From Octopus bimaculoides (taxonomy: Eukaryota), in the NCBI RefSeq assembly GCF_001194135.2, contig NC_068982.1, positions 29,342,054 to 29,406,053 on the forward strand: a stretch of DNA of 64,000 nt, read 5' to 3'. Positions 1-12,960 of the stretch are shown here, piece by piece. The notes beneath the pieces are model-generated. The model saw only the letters and a program-made list of their open reading frames with translations, was not told where the DNA came from and ran no database searches. The position numbers were made by a program, and so were the translations under genes. The number at the start of each line of letters is the position of its first letter. Positions within the stretch are counted from its first letter, which is position 1.

Positions 1-42
<42 letters not shown>

Positions 43-652
43 CATAGACATGCAAGTATACATGTACATATAAATATGTATAAATATATGGATATATGTA
101 TATGTGCATATATACATATATAGATATAGATATATATATACATACACTCATATATATATATGCATATGTATGTATGTAAATAATTTGATTCCTGTCCATT
201 TGCCCAAATATAAGCTGTTGCACTGCATTCCCATCTCAGCATTTAGGACCTTCTTATCCTTTTCATAATCAAATGGAATGAAGTCACCTTGCTTATATCT
301 TTAATGTGCAGTTGCATGCTATCAATGTAATTTGACAGGCTGTCTATGGACATCCTACCAGGTTTGTCGGTGTGAAAGCATATGATTTCATAATCTTTAA
401 ACTGTTTTGTTAGTGTGCATGTTTGTGTGTGTATGTGTGTGTGTGTGTGTGTATGTGTGTGTGTGTGTGTTTGTGTGTGTGCGTCTGTGTGTCATTTATG
501 TATGTATGTATATACATATGCACTCTTTTAGGCTACAAATGTATACAGGTGTGTATGTATGTATGTATGTATGCATGCAAGCATGTATTTATTATGTATG
601 TGTACATATATATATATATATGTATGTGTTGTGTGCAAATATTGTGTAAGTG

Positions 653-695
<43 letters not shown>

Positions 696-1145
696 NNNNN
701 NNNNNNNNNNNNNNNNNNNNNNNNNNNNNNNNNNNNNNNNNNNNNNNNNNNNNNNNNNNNNNNNNNNNNNNNNNNNNNNNNNNNNNNNNNNNNNNNNNNN
801 NNNNNNNNNNNNNNNNNNNNNNNNNNNNNNNNNNNNNNNNNNNNNNNNNNNNNNNNNNNNNNNNNNNNNNNNNNNNNNNNNNNNNNNNNNNNNNNNNNNN
901 NNNNNNNNNNNNNNNNNNNNNNNNNNNNNNNNNNNNNNNNNNNNNNNNNNNNNNNNNNNNNNNNNNNNNNNNNNNNNNNNNNNNNNNNNNNNNNNNNNNN
1001 NNNNNNNNNNNNNNNNCACCAATTGGTTGCTATTTTCTTTATATATATTTCATAATTTGCTTCTCTTTTGTATACACATACATACATACATACATACATG
1101 CATGTATGTATGCATGTATGTATGTACATGTGTATGTATGTATAA

Positions 1146-1192
<47 letters not shown>

Positions 1193-1386
1193 TATGTATA
1201 GATATATGTATATATATATACATGCATATATGCACATATGCATGCAGGTGCATTAATATACATGTATGTGTGTATATATATATATATTTAAAATGCATAT
1301 AGATATATGTATATATATATAAATGTGTGTGTGTGTGTGTATACATATGCATACACACAAGCACACACGCTCAAATGTACATATAT

Positions 1387-1423
<37 letters not shown>

Positions 1424-1480
1424 TGCATACACATATATATATATGTATGTATATTTACATATTTACACACACACATGCAA
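1..1480. repeat. Compound (TA)n/(TG)n/(TATG)n microsatellite cluster
   Basis: Visible directly; it generates many artefactual YI/CV/TH ORFs. Confidence 0.95.
185..405 (-). mobile_element. Possible Penelope-like element protein fragment
   Basis: YEIICFHTDKPGRMSIDSLSNYIDSMQLHIKD, then a frameshift to [14 protein letters not shown]. Resembles the (A/T)DK.G motif preceding PLE reverse transcriptases (recall only). Confidence 0.3.
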
Positions 1481-1948
1481 CTACATACTTATATCATATA
1501 TAAACACAGTAACATAGTCTTCCTTTTTCTGCCTATTTTCTCCCTTACTACTTACAACTCCTTTCTCTCTTCTCTATATAATATCCTACCCTGCTTCGCT
1601 CAATCACTGTCATGTATTCCAGTCACATTCTATTATTCTCTATTTCACTCCATGTTGTGCTTAACATCCTGTATGTCAGAAATGATTTGCAATCATGCAC
1701 AATATTTAAGCTTAAAGGAGGCAATTGATATTACAGCTATTTTGGTGCATATATTCTCTGCTGGAGCAGGGGACTCAACTCCTGTTGGAGTCATATGAAT
1801 ACCATAGGGATAGATATACAGTGTGTCTCGGGCATATCATTGTTAGCAGAGCTCATCCTACTGGCATGAACACAACCATTGCATGAATGCAATTTTTTCA
1901 AGGGAAATATAGCTAGAAGACACACAGACAGACCGATAGATAGATAGA

Positions 1949-2157
1949 TACATTTCTTTTATTAGCTACACAGGGCTCAACGAAGATGGGACAATTACAA
2001 TGTAGAGCTTTTCTTTTTGGGAGGGGGAAGGAAGGGGAAAAAAAAAGGGGTGGTGTCGATCAAAAGGGATCGTAGGAAGGGAAAGAGGGGGAGTTCGATC
2101 AAAAGGGATCGAAAAAAAAAAAAAGAAAGAAAGGCCGATCAATAGGGATCGTGTATC
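1949..2157 (-). mobile_element. 3' end of a LINE-like repeat (possibly Tx1-type UTR) embedded in (GATA)n
   Basis: The reverse complement of 1949-2030 closely matches 54020-54090 and, more loosely, 49330-49410 (ctctacattgtatttgtccc...gagccctgtgtggctaataaa). Ends in AATAAA. Family assignment is inference. Confidence 0.55.
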
Positions 2158-2261
2158 ACAGATAGATAGATAGATAAATAGATAGATAGATAGACTGATA
2201 AATAGACATATACTCTTTTACTTGTTTCAGTCATTTGACTGTGGCCATGCTGGAGCACTGC

Positions 2262-3193
2262 NNNNNNNNNNNNNNNNNNNNNNNNNNNNNNNNNNNNNNN
2301 NNNNNNNNNNNNNNNNNNNNNNNNNNNNNNNNNNNNNNNNNNNNNNNNNNNNNNNNNNNNNNNNNNNNNNNNNNNNNNNNNNNNNNNNNNNNNNNNNNNN
2401 NNNNNNNNNNNNNNNNNNNNNNNNNNNNNNNNNNNNNNNNNNNNNNNNNNNNNNNNNNNNNNNNNNNNNNNNNNNNNNNNNNNNNNNNNNNNNNNNNNNN
2501 NNNNNNNNNNNNNNNNNNNNNNNNNNNNNNNNNNNNNNNNNNNNNNNNNNNNNNNNNNNNNNNNNNNNNNNNNNNNNNNNNNNNNNNNNNNNNNNNNNNN
2601 NNNNNNNNNNNNNNNNNNNNNNNNNNNNNNNNNNNNNNNNNNNNNNNNNNNNNNNNNNNNNNNNNNNNNNNNNNNNNNNNNNNNNNNNNNNNNNNNNNNN
2701 NNNNNNNNNNNNNNNNNNNNNNNNNNNNNNNNNNNNNNNNNNNNNNNNNNNNNNNNNNNNNNNNNNNNNNNNNNNNNNNNNNNNNNNNNNNNNNNNNNNN
2801 NNNNNNNNNNNNNNNNNNNNNNNNNNNNNNNNNNNNNNNNNNNNNNNNNNNNNNNNNNNNNNNNNNNNNNNNNNNNNNNNNNNNNNNNNNNNNNNNNNNN
2901 NNNNNNNNNNNNNNNNNNNNNNNNNNNNNNNNNNNNNNNNNNNNNNNNNNNNNNNNNNNNNNNNNNNNNNNNNNNNNNNNNNNNNNNNNNNNNNNNNNNN
3001 NNNNNNNNNNNNNNNNNNNNNNNNNNNNNNNNNNNNNNNNNNNNNNNNNNNNNNNNNNNNNNNNNNNNNNNNNNNNNNNNNNNNNNNNNNNNNNNNNNNN
3101 NNNNNNNNNNNNNNNNNNNNNNNNNNNNNNNNNNNNNNNNNNNNNNNNNNNNNNNNNNNNNNNNNNNNNNNNNNNNNNNNNNNNNNNNNNNNN
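2262..3193. other. Largest assembly gap
   Basis: Run of N. Other gaps at 696-1016, 12166-12528, 13789-14059, 18735-19034, 26581-26853, 39545-39752, 42896-42970, 44252-44400 and 53733-54004, plus several 10-N gaps. Most abut microsatellites. Confidence 0.99.
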
Positions 3194-3292
<99 letters not shown>

Positions 3293-4289
3293 GGGGGAAG
3301 AATTTATTCTAATATTTGATTGGTACTATAATTTATTGGTTTCAAATTTTGGTACAAGGCCAGCAATTTGAGGGGAGGGGTAAGTTGATTACATCAGCCC
3401 CAGTGCTCAACTGGCATTTGTTTTATTGACCCTGACAGGATGAAAGGCAAGGTTGACCTCAGTGTAATTTGAACTCATAGAGCCAGAATGACTGCAAAGC
3501 ATTCTAGTTAAAACTCTAATGAATTTGCTAGCTCAAGCCTGCATATATTTAACATGTTCTCTGAATTCAGTGTTTTTACTGATGAATTTATTTTCTTGTA
3601 GGTGACCAACCTGGCATGTATTGGATGAGTCAAGAGGAACCAATGAACCAGATGACTGCACCAAGTTCCAATGCCTGTTTTGACAAGTTTTTCTATGGCT
3701 GGATGCTTTTCCAAATACCAATCACTTTACAAAGTGTATTGGGTGCCTTTTACATGTCACCCGCACTGAATAGCTCAACAAATAACTTCCAAGATTGTTC
3801 CGAGATTGTTCAACTGAATGTAGGTGAAGTATTCAGGTTGATGGCTTAATGTAACGTATTAAGAAGTTAATGTATGATAGAGTAACAGGTGTCTCGCTGA
3901 AGAAAAATAGCTGGAAAGAGAGAGTAAAAAGAGATGGCGAGGGTGTGGCATTGATGTATAAGATGAATATATGAGAGAGAAAAGAGACAGAGAATTAAAA
4001 AGAGAAGGTGTATGGTAAGTTTGTGAGAGAGTGTAAGGAGAGTGACAGATGGTTATAGATAGGGATAGAGGTAGACACAGTGAACAGGAAACATGAGTAA
4101 GGGGATCAGAGGGGAATCAGAGAAGGTGATAAGTGACAGTAATAGGGAGATGATGTGAAATGTAAAGGGATAATGGGTGTCATTAACAGTATCTGAGTGA
4201 ATAGTGTCATAGTTAGAAATGTGATGGAGGGATAGATGTTAGAAGATGAGTTGTGGTGAAAGGCTTCACAGAACTTTATCATATGCATC

Positions 4290-4560
4290 ATCGTCTGCTC
4301 AAGCTTGTTCAGACATTTTGAACCCATGCATGCCATTTATTTTGGTTCAATATTAGATGAGGGAGGTCTTCAGGAAGGCATTTATTGTCCCTGGAAAAAT
4401 GATTTATGTATGTTGTGTTTGGGCAACCTGCTCTAGTACAGTCATGCTTTAGTATCCATAGCAGTAGGTCCATAGAGTGCAAGCATATTTCCCTTATACT
4501 GGTCAAAATCATGCCTTCTTGGCAGGGTGCAGAACCCATGAGCCACTCTGCCAAGGTCAC
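4290..4560 (-). mobile_element. RTE-type LINE 3' fragment, related to 36350-36790
   Basis: LLLWILKHDCTRAGCPNTTYINHFSRDNKCLPEDLPHLILNQNKWHAWV resembles LLLW.PKHG.R..GRP..TYIDQL..DTG...EDL...M.DR..W. Confidence 0.6.
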
Positions 4561-4863
4561 AGTGAAATCCTGAAGCCCAAAAAGGGTTGGAAATTCCACC
4601 ATCATTGGAAAGCAAGATGGTAGTAGGGAATGAAATGCAAGATATAAAAATACTTTGTCTTTAGGATTTCTTCGCACTTCACAGAACAAATTACATTTTT
4701 ATGAATCTTAGGATGGGAAACCCATCAGTGTTACTGGCACTGCAATCATCTATAAGACCTACGACCATAGATGAGCAATTAGGAATTGAAAGACATTCCA
4801 TAACTTGCATTAATTTTAGGAACTATTATATTTATGTATGCATATATTTATACACAAGCATGA

Positions 4864-4901
<38 letters not shown>

Positions 4902-4937
4902 ATGCACGCATGCACACACACACACACATGCATGCAT

Positions 4938-4977
<40 letters not shown>

Positions 4978-6249
4978 TAAGAATTATTATCAGCAACCAG
5001 TTTCTATCTGGAGCCACTAAGGCAAAACATTCCAGTATTTAGTGTTTAATTCAAGAAATCACAGGTCATAGACAAATGTATGTTTTAGTGTCACAAATCA
5101 ACAATGTGTGGAATGTTATAACAAGAGTGCAATAAAACAGGTTCCACAGTCTCAATGAGCCATTTACTAGCAATTCCAAAAGCTGATAAACTTTGAATCC
5201 AAGGATAAAAGCATCACCCAAACAACAAAACAAAAATGACAGCCCAAAAACAAAAAGAAAGCAAAACGAAAATTTTGTAGAGTATGTACCATTGAATAAA
5301 ATGATCTAGCATGGCCTTAGCCATAGTTTCTAAAACAAAACAAAAAAAGAATCAACTGAAGGACTGTAAAAGTAGTAATGTCCTGAGCAGTGCCATCTTA
5401 AGGTATGCACACTCAATCCATAAAGCTTGAGAGCTTTATGGATTGAGGTATTGCCCGTTTATAAATATATACAATAGACCTCAAGGTATTAGTTTGCCTA
5501 GGCGCCTATAATGCTGTTGTGATGACCCTACTTCTGAGATGTAGTTTACAAGCCAATTCTTAGAGTTGCTATTTCCAGAGATATTGGCATTTTGCTATAG
5601 ATAAGATATTGTTAGATTGTTTCTGTCATAGCTTACACAATACCCAAATATTCCAGGCCCCATTCTGACATTTTTCTTTTCTTTTAGGGAGATTTAGTTG
5701 CTACATTGAAGAGATCGAATAATTTTGCTGTTAGATGGTAGCACAGATGTTTTGCTGTTTTTGGCTGGCTACTGTGATATCGATTGCATTATGAAACCAT
5801 GAGATTTCATTGAAGTTATTGTACCCATAAATGTTTCGCATAGATTGCCTTAAGAAATACACAGAACAATTTCCTCTTTTCTTTCTTCGTTCTCGTGATT
5901 CTTAAGTTAATTTATTAGTTTATTTGAATAAATTAGAATTTATTACTTTGCCATCTAATGTATAAAATTACAATATCTAAGAATCTGCATAAAGTAGCTG
6001 ACAAATCTTAAACCACAGGGATGTAATATGTGTCTAGATATATGAACATTTATTTCTTTCCTTTCTGTGTTTCTTTACATCTAAATATATTTGCACACAT
6101 GTAGACTTTCAGTCTCATAAATCACTTTTTATCAATTGGTTTCAACCTGGAGTTAAGAGTGTGTATCAATGTTGTATCAATGTTCCAAATTATTTCAATA
6201 AATATTTTGGTTAAGAATATGATATATAGTGAGGCTAAATATCTCTTAG

Positions 6250-6635
6250 GTGCAGGCATAGCCGTGTGGCAAGAAGTTTGCTTCCTGACTACATGGTACT
6301 GGGTTCTGTCCCACTGCATGTCAACTTGGACAAGTGTCTTCTATTATAGCTGTGGGTCAACCAAAGCAAAGCCTTGCAAGAGTATTTGGATGATAGAAAC
6401 TGAAGTACATCATATATATGTNNNNNNNNNNTATATATATGTGTATATGTATATATATGTATATATCTATGTATATGTGTCTTTATGTCTGTGTTTGCCA
6501 CCCCCAACCACCACTTCACAATCAATGCTAGTGTGTATATACCCCTGTAACTTAGCATTTGGTAAAAGAAACTGATAAAATAAGTACCAGGCTTAAAAGA
6601 TAAAGTACTGAAACAAGTAAAAGACAAAAGATAAA
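6250..6635 (+). mobile_element. Family A SINE ending ~35 bp from the RasGRF exon donor
   Basis: Head, body and tail align by eye to 58146-58535. Confidence 0.75.
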
Positions 6636-6673
6636 AAAAAAACAAGAGAACAGAACAACAAAGAGCAACTTAC

Positions 6674-6927
6674 CTATTTAGAAATATAGAATTGACATCC
6701 TCGTGTGTGATGGGGGGTTTCTTAGAGCTGGCAGCCATCCTAAAAGGTCGAAGAAAACATGTAACAAGAGTGGATAGCTGCCTATTATATTCCTCTTCAC
6801 TTTCAACCATATTGAACACAATGCTGTTACGTTTCCTCATGCTTTCAGCATGAGGAGAACGGATGTAGAGCTCCACAATTTGTTTCCAACGCCGTCGACA
6901 GAGCCAACCACGAAAAAAACTTTGAAC
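6674..6927 (-). CDS. RasGRF: RasGRF coding exon (254 nt): IQ motif plus N-terminal part of the DH/RhoGEF domain
   Basis: Translates [84 protein letters not shown](S). From recall this is near-identical to vertebrate RASGRF1/2 (VQSFLRGWLCRRKWK...[22 protein letters not shown]). Acceptor tttcag| (AG at 6929-6928), donor AG|GTAAGT (6673-6668). Phase 0 in, phase 2 out. Confidence 0.96.
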
Positions 6928-7179
6928 CTGAAATATAAATGAAAATGTAGTCAAGATAATAATGCTTCATCACCAGTGTTTTACTTTTAAATTTGTATGT
7001 CGGCATGGGTTTGAGAATAACTTATTGAGGCAGAATTTTATGGCAAACACCCTTTCTGTTATTGACTCATTTAGCACCTTTCTTACAACATACAGGGATA
7101 CTGTGGGCATTTTAAAACCCACAATATACATAGTAACACAAAGAGTAATTACTAACAAAAAAACTAATACCTACCTTAA

Positions 7180-7651
7180 CCCTTTAGAATTTAATCTGGC
7201 CATATCTGGCCCAAATATTCTGCCATGGAGGCACATGAATTAGTGGTTACGGTACTGAACTCATGACTGTAAGATTGTGGTTTCGATTCCTGGACTGGGC
7301 GACATGTGTTCTTGAGCAAAACACATCACTTCACATTGCTCCAATCCACTCAGCTGGCAAAAATGAGTAATGCTGTGATGGATCAGGGTCTCATCCAGAA
7401 GGGGAATATATACACCATGGAAACTGGTCCTTATGAGGTGGCATAACTCAAGAAGGTAACTTTACCTTTTTTTTTTTTTTTACAAAATATGTTAAAACTG
7501 ACCAGGTCCAAACTCACACTTACTCTACAATGTTATAAAAGTATGCAAACACCATTGAAATCTTGGTGCTACAGGATAATATATGATTAATTCAAAACAA
7601 TGTGAATAAAAAAAGCATTACATTTGACAAAGAAGTCTGACTATTAAAGGG
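7180..7651. mobile_element. piggyBac-type MITE with a nested SINE
   Basis: TTAA|CCCTTTAG ... TTAAAGGG|TTAA (TTAA at 7176-7179 and 7652-7655). A SINE is inserted at ~7229-7470. Confidence 0.75.
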
Positions 7652-7968
7652 TTAATCTTTCAGTGACCAGAAACCCATATAAATGATTTCTCATCAATCA
7701 GTAATTCATGATCATGATCATCATCATCTTTTAACGTCCGCTTTCCATGCTGGCATGGGTTGGACGATTTGACTGAGGACTGGCAAGCCAGAAGGCTGCA
7801 CTAGGTTCCAATCTGATCTGGCAGAGTTTCTACAGCTGGATGCCCTTCCTAACACCAACCACTCTGAGAGTGTAGTGGATGCTTTTACGCACCAAGCTGG
7901 AAGAATTGATTCTCGTTTTTATTTATCTTTTTTTTGGTTTCATATTTTGGCACCAGGCCTGCAATTTC

Positions 7969-8010
<42 letters not shown>

Positions 8011-10054
8011 AAGTCGATTAGACTGACCCCAGTGTTCAGCTGGTACTCATTTTATTGACCCAAAAAGGATGAAAGACAAAGTTGACCCCAGTGGCATTTG
8101 AACTCAGAGCATAAAGACAGACAAAATGTCCCTAGGCATTTTGGCCAGTGTGCTAACAATCTTGCCAGCATGCTGCCTTGTCATGGGGAAATATTACCTT
8201 GCTTGGAAACAGGTGCAGGTTGGTGAGGGGAAGGGTGTCCAACCATAGAAAATCTGTTTCGATGAATTCCATCTGACCCATGCAAGCATGGAAAAGTAGG
8301 TATTAAAACAATGATAATGATGTTGATAATGATGATGGTGTCATGCTCATGATGATGGTGGTGGTGGTGGTGGTGATGACTATGCACAAATCCTGTAATG
8401 CAGTTGCTTAAATTGTTGAAATAACTGTACATTACAATAATGATGTTAGTCAGTTCCAGGTAAACCTTAACTAAAGCAAGGGATATCATCTGATGATTAC
8501 GTTAATTAAGCAAGGGGTATCTGATGATTGCATTATCTGATGTGACATGTCTTGTTTAAAACACATAGAATAAGATTTGAGAGAGATTTGGCAGCTATTT
8601 TTGGCAGGTAGAGCAATCTTGTAGCAGTTTTCTTATTGGCTCATAACACATTATAATTGTTTTTATAGGGCCATTAGATTTGTTTGTAGTATTTTGGAAC
8701 ATATTCTGAAATAAATGTGTAATGGCAATTCTTGCCAAGCACTTGCATAATCACTAATAGAAGGCTATAAATAGGAGCTGATTATTTTCATCGCAACATT
8801 ACAGAATGTTGTTGTTGAAATTTTCAACCAGATTAAATGTACAACAAAATAGCTTCATGCATATGTCTTATTGTGATAATTAAAAGAAATTTTTGAGGTA
8901 TATTTTGACATTTTCATTTCAGATAAACTTAGATAAATTTACTTTTTTTTTTTTTTATCCTCAAAACATTATCTGTACAGAGAAGTATAGAGTTAGTAAG
9001 AAAATAAAATAAAACAAAATAAAATTCTATAGAAGGTTTTAAACAAATGCATGTCAATAAAAAAAAAGAAGAGGGAAAACAAACAAAAAGATCAAAAGCA
9101 AAAGGAAAAGAAAAACAAAAAGAAAGTTACAAATCTATGAGTGAAAAATATCAGTGTTGAATATAGCGGTTTATTTGTCATATTACATCGAAATGAATAT
9201 TCTCATAAATCTCTTCTGAGACTGTCAGATTGAATATCTTAACACAATCTGAAAAATAAAAGTGCCAAATAAACTAATCTGGTAAAAACATATCACGATT
9301 CATCAAACATGTACAAGTTATAAATGGACTTGTTTTTGAAAGCATCTTGAATAAAATATATTTTCATTCCTCCTTTTCATTTCATATTCCTAGTTTGTTG
9401 TTAAAACAAGCTATAAGGATGTTTTCATGTCTTGTTCGAAAAGCAAAGGGTCAGCTGTTATCGAGCAGTTCTGTGGCTCAGAAGTAAGAAAAGACTGGGA
9501 ATATTAGATATAATAATAATAATCTTGCCTTAGACTCTCAATTGAACACGTTGTTGCTAGAGCATTTTTTTATTGAATCATGAAGAGAAAATTCATGCTC
9601 AGAATTGTTAGCTACAGCTTATTTAATCAATTACACATGCTGAATCTACATTCTACTACAGGGACTTTTAAATTTAATATATTAGGATATTGCTGCAAGG
9701 TAAGAATAATAAATATTTATTTAATGGAAAATTGGCAATTATATTAACAAGCCACCTCACTTTAGAGATAATATGAGGTTCCTTTAGCATGTGACTAGTT
9801 GTTTTTAAGTAGCTTCAGTCATCTCCATTCAAGCAGAAACATGGCATGGAGGTATTCCAGAGGTTTGTCACTACATACATAATAGGTCTTAATTTCTGCT
9901 GAGGTCACACAGCACACTTCTTTTAATAAGATTTGATTAGGATGATGTTTGGGATAGTAGAATCCAATGATTTTGAGATTGCTAAAACAAAAGATGCTGG
10001 TGGGAATTTATCTATGAAACAATACTGCATGCTTTAATAATATAACATTATGTT

Positions 10055-10269
10055 AAGGCAGCGAGATTGGCAGAAATGTTAGCATGCTGGGCGAAATCCT
10101 TAACAGTATTTCGTCTGTCTTTACATTCTGAGTTCAAATTCTGCCAAGGTTGACTTTGCCTTTCATCCTTTCAGGGTCAATAAATTAAGTACCAGTTGCA
10201 TACTGGAGTCAATCTAATCGACTGGATCCCTCCCACAAAATTTCAGGCCTTATGCCAGGAGTAGAAAAG
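10055..10269 (+). mobile_element. tRNA-derived SINE (MetaSINE-like central domain) with a 16-bp TSD
   Basis: TSD aatataacattatgtt at 10039-10054 and 10270-10285. Central gcctttcatcctttcagggtcaataaattaagtaccag resembles the Meta domain (recall). Other copies at ~3330-3540(-), 7940-8180(-), 32075-32285(-), 36835-37045(+), 46760-46918(-), 57640-57998(+), 58850-59050(-), 59575-59775(-), 60645-61020(+). Confidence 0.8.
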
Positions 10270-12130
10270 AATATAACATTATGTTTAAAAATAATGTGTA
10301 CACCAGTGTAGAAAATTAATAACCACAGTGATATTTATAAACTGAGCAAAGAATATACACATGGTGACCCCTTGCAAACAGTTTGTACAAGGGAGATAAT
10401 CACTTTTTAAAATAATTTTTGGTGGGATTGGAAGTCTGAATCAGAAATTAAGAAATAAGGAAGAAGAAGCATAGAATATACATATTTCAAATGTTTTGTT
10501 GTTTACTTATAAGGAAATTCTTAAAATTTCTAGAATATTTATGTTACAGGGCATGAATATTTATAAACAGGGTATGAATCAGGATCATATCTGTTATGTA
10601 TCAAGCTAATGCTATCTAGCACCTTCGGATGATCTCTACTCAACCGCTACACAACTGCTACTCAACTGCTACTCAACAGCTACTCGACTGCTACTCGACT
10701 ACTACTCAACACTCCTACCACAGCCAGACTACTTCTATTTATATGTCTTGGGAGATCCTACTTCTTCGCCTGGGGGCATCGACACAACAATATCTAAAGA
10801 TGATTTTTTGAGAGAGGTGGTATCTTTTTACTTGCAGGGTCTGGAAGAAGGAGCAGCATCCCTGGCTTCAACAGGCCACCTGAGACTGATTACATTGCTG
10901 TTACGGATATTATACTTAATGTTGGAAGTTGATACCTTCAAGAAAGGCATGATCATGGTGGAGATCTAGTAGATCAATAGTCTGTGAGAGAAGAACTGGA
11001 TGTAGTTATCTGTGCTGGCCCTATGGGACTGGGCACAACATGGGTAATATGAATAGGGGTGATAAATAAACCAAACAATATTTGATGAGAGTGGTTTGAA
11101 ACTAGTCAGCTCCAAGGAAGTGAGTAATAAATTAACTTATTTGAATATTAAGTCTGTTTTTCAAGTTATTTACTCATCCCCAATGTGTTGTAAATAAAAC
11201 ATTTCAGTTGCTATAATCCCTATTCACCTTCAGGTGATATTCCCACTCTAAACCGAGGATTGTACTTGGAGCTTTTGTTTTATCAACTGGCTAAATTGAT
11301 TGGTGATTATACTCATCAAAACACAAATGAGGAAATGGGAAAATAAGTCAGCTCTGTGAAACTCATTACAGAGAAAATAATAAGAAAATGTAGTTATTTA
11401 ACTGTTGTTTCATAATTCTTGTGGCAGTGTAGAGTAAACTGGAATAAGATGAAATGAAGTGGCCTTGTTCAGGGACACAACATGACATGTGGTCCAGGAA
11501 TTGAACCTATGGCCTCATGATCATGAGCCTAATACTCTAACCATTACACCTTATGGTTTCATAAGAAGTGGAGGGTTATATCTGATTAAGGCTATGTAGG
11601 CCCCTAAAATACTTTCACTAAAGCATGATACATGGTACCAAGACATCCTTGCTTTTGAATGATGGTTATGCTTTTCTTCTTGTGTTTTTATTATGTGGTT
11701 GCGTGATGAACATCTAGAATGATCTGCTGAAATCCAGTCTGCAGCACAGTCTTCATGACACATTCAGAAGTTTTATGGTGATGCTGGGTGAATGCTAACA
11801 AGATGAAGATAGCATGTAGTAATGACTGAATTTATTACAGGACATTGATAATCTAGTAACACATTACAAGTATAGACATGCAACTGATATTATAACTACA
11901 TAAATGTGTGTTTCTTCATTGTGTGGATATCATTACTTTCATTTTAATGGCGAAAATAATGAGCTGTTGTTTTTGTTTAGCCACAGGTCAGTCCTCATCC
12001 TTTAGGCCTATGGTTAAATATGTTCCAGCCATGAAGATCCCATCTTTTGCTCAAGAGTCTTCTACTATAGCCCCAGGCTGAGTAAAATCTTGTGAGAGGA
12101 TTTGGTTGACAGAAACTACCTGTCTGTTAA

Positions 12131-12165
<35 letters not shown>

Positions 12166-12569
12166 NNNNNNNNNNNNNNNNNNNNNNNNNNNNNNNNNNN
12201 NNNNNNNNNNNNNNNNNNNNNNNNNNNNNNNNNNNNNNNNNNNNNNNNNNNNNNNNNNNNNNNNNNNNNNNNNNNNNNNNNNNNNNNNNNNNNNNNNNNN
12301 NNNNNNNNNNNNNNNNNNNNNNNNNNNNNNNNNNNNNNNNNNNNNNNNNNNNNNNNNNNNNNNNNNNNNNNNNNNNNNNNNNNNNNNNNNNNNNNNNNNN
12401 NNNNNNNNNNNNNNNNNNNNNNNNNNNNNNNNNNNNNNNNNNNNNNNNNNNNNNNNNNNNNNNNNNNNNNNNNNNNNNNNNNNNNNNNNNNNNNNNNNNN
12501 NNNNNNNNNNNNNNNNNNNNNNNNNNNNATGTATATATATATATATAGAGAGAGAGAGAGAAACATTAT

Positions 12570-12960
12570 TTTAGCCAAATTAACTGACCCCAGTACTTTT
12601 TATTTTTTAAGCCTGTTACCTATTCTATCAATCGCTTTTGCTGAACTGTTATGTTACAGGGACGTAAACACACCAACATTGGTTGTCAAGCAGTGTTGGG
12701 GGACAAAAACACACACACACACACACACACACGCACATATATGACAGGCTTCTTTTCAGGCTCAATCTACGAAATCCACTCACACGACTTTGGTTGACCT
12801 GAGACTATAATAGAAGACACTTGCCCAAGGTGCCACGCAGTGGGAGAGAATGAACCCACAAGGTTATTCTTAGTTGGCCTAGGGCTATGGAAGGAGACAC
12901 TTCCTCAATGTGCTGTACAGTGGAACTGAACCTGAAACCACATGGTTACAATACAAGCTT
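12570..12960 (-). mobile_element. Family A SINE, reverse orientation
   Basis: Reverse complement of family A body and head, with an extra partial head near 12850-12960. Confidence 0.7.

Noticed and set aside
407-1517. Many long ORFs (YI, CV, TH, MYVC repeats), also at 12-14, 18.6, 25-28, 43, 52-54 kb
   Set aside because: They are translations of microsatellites and N gaps.
10740-11050. Possible degenerate RTE fragment (SLRW.. motif)
   Set aside because: Too few motifs to support a call.
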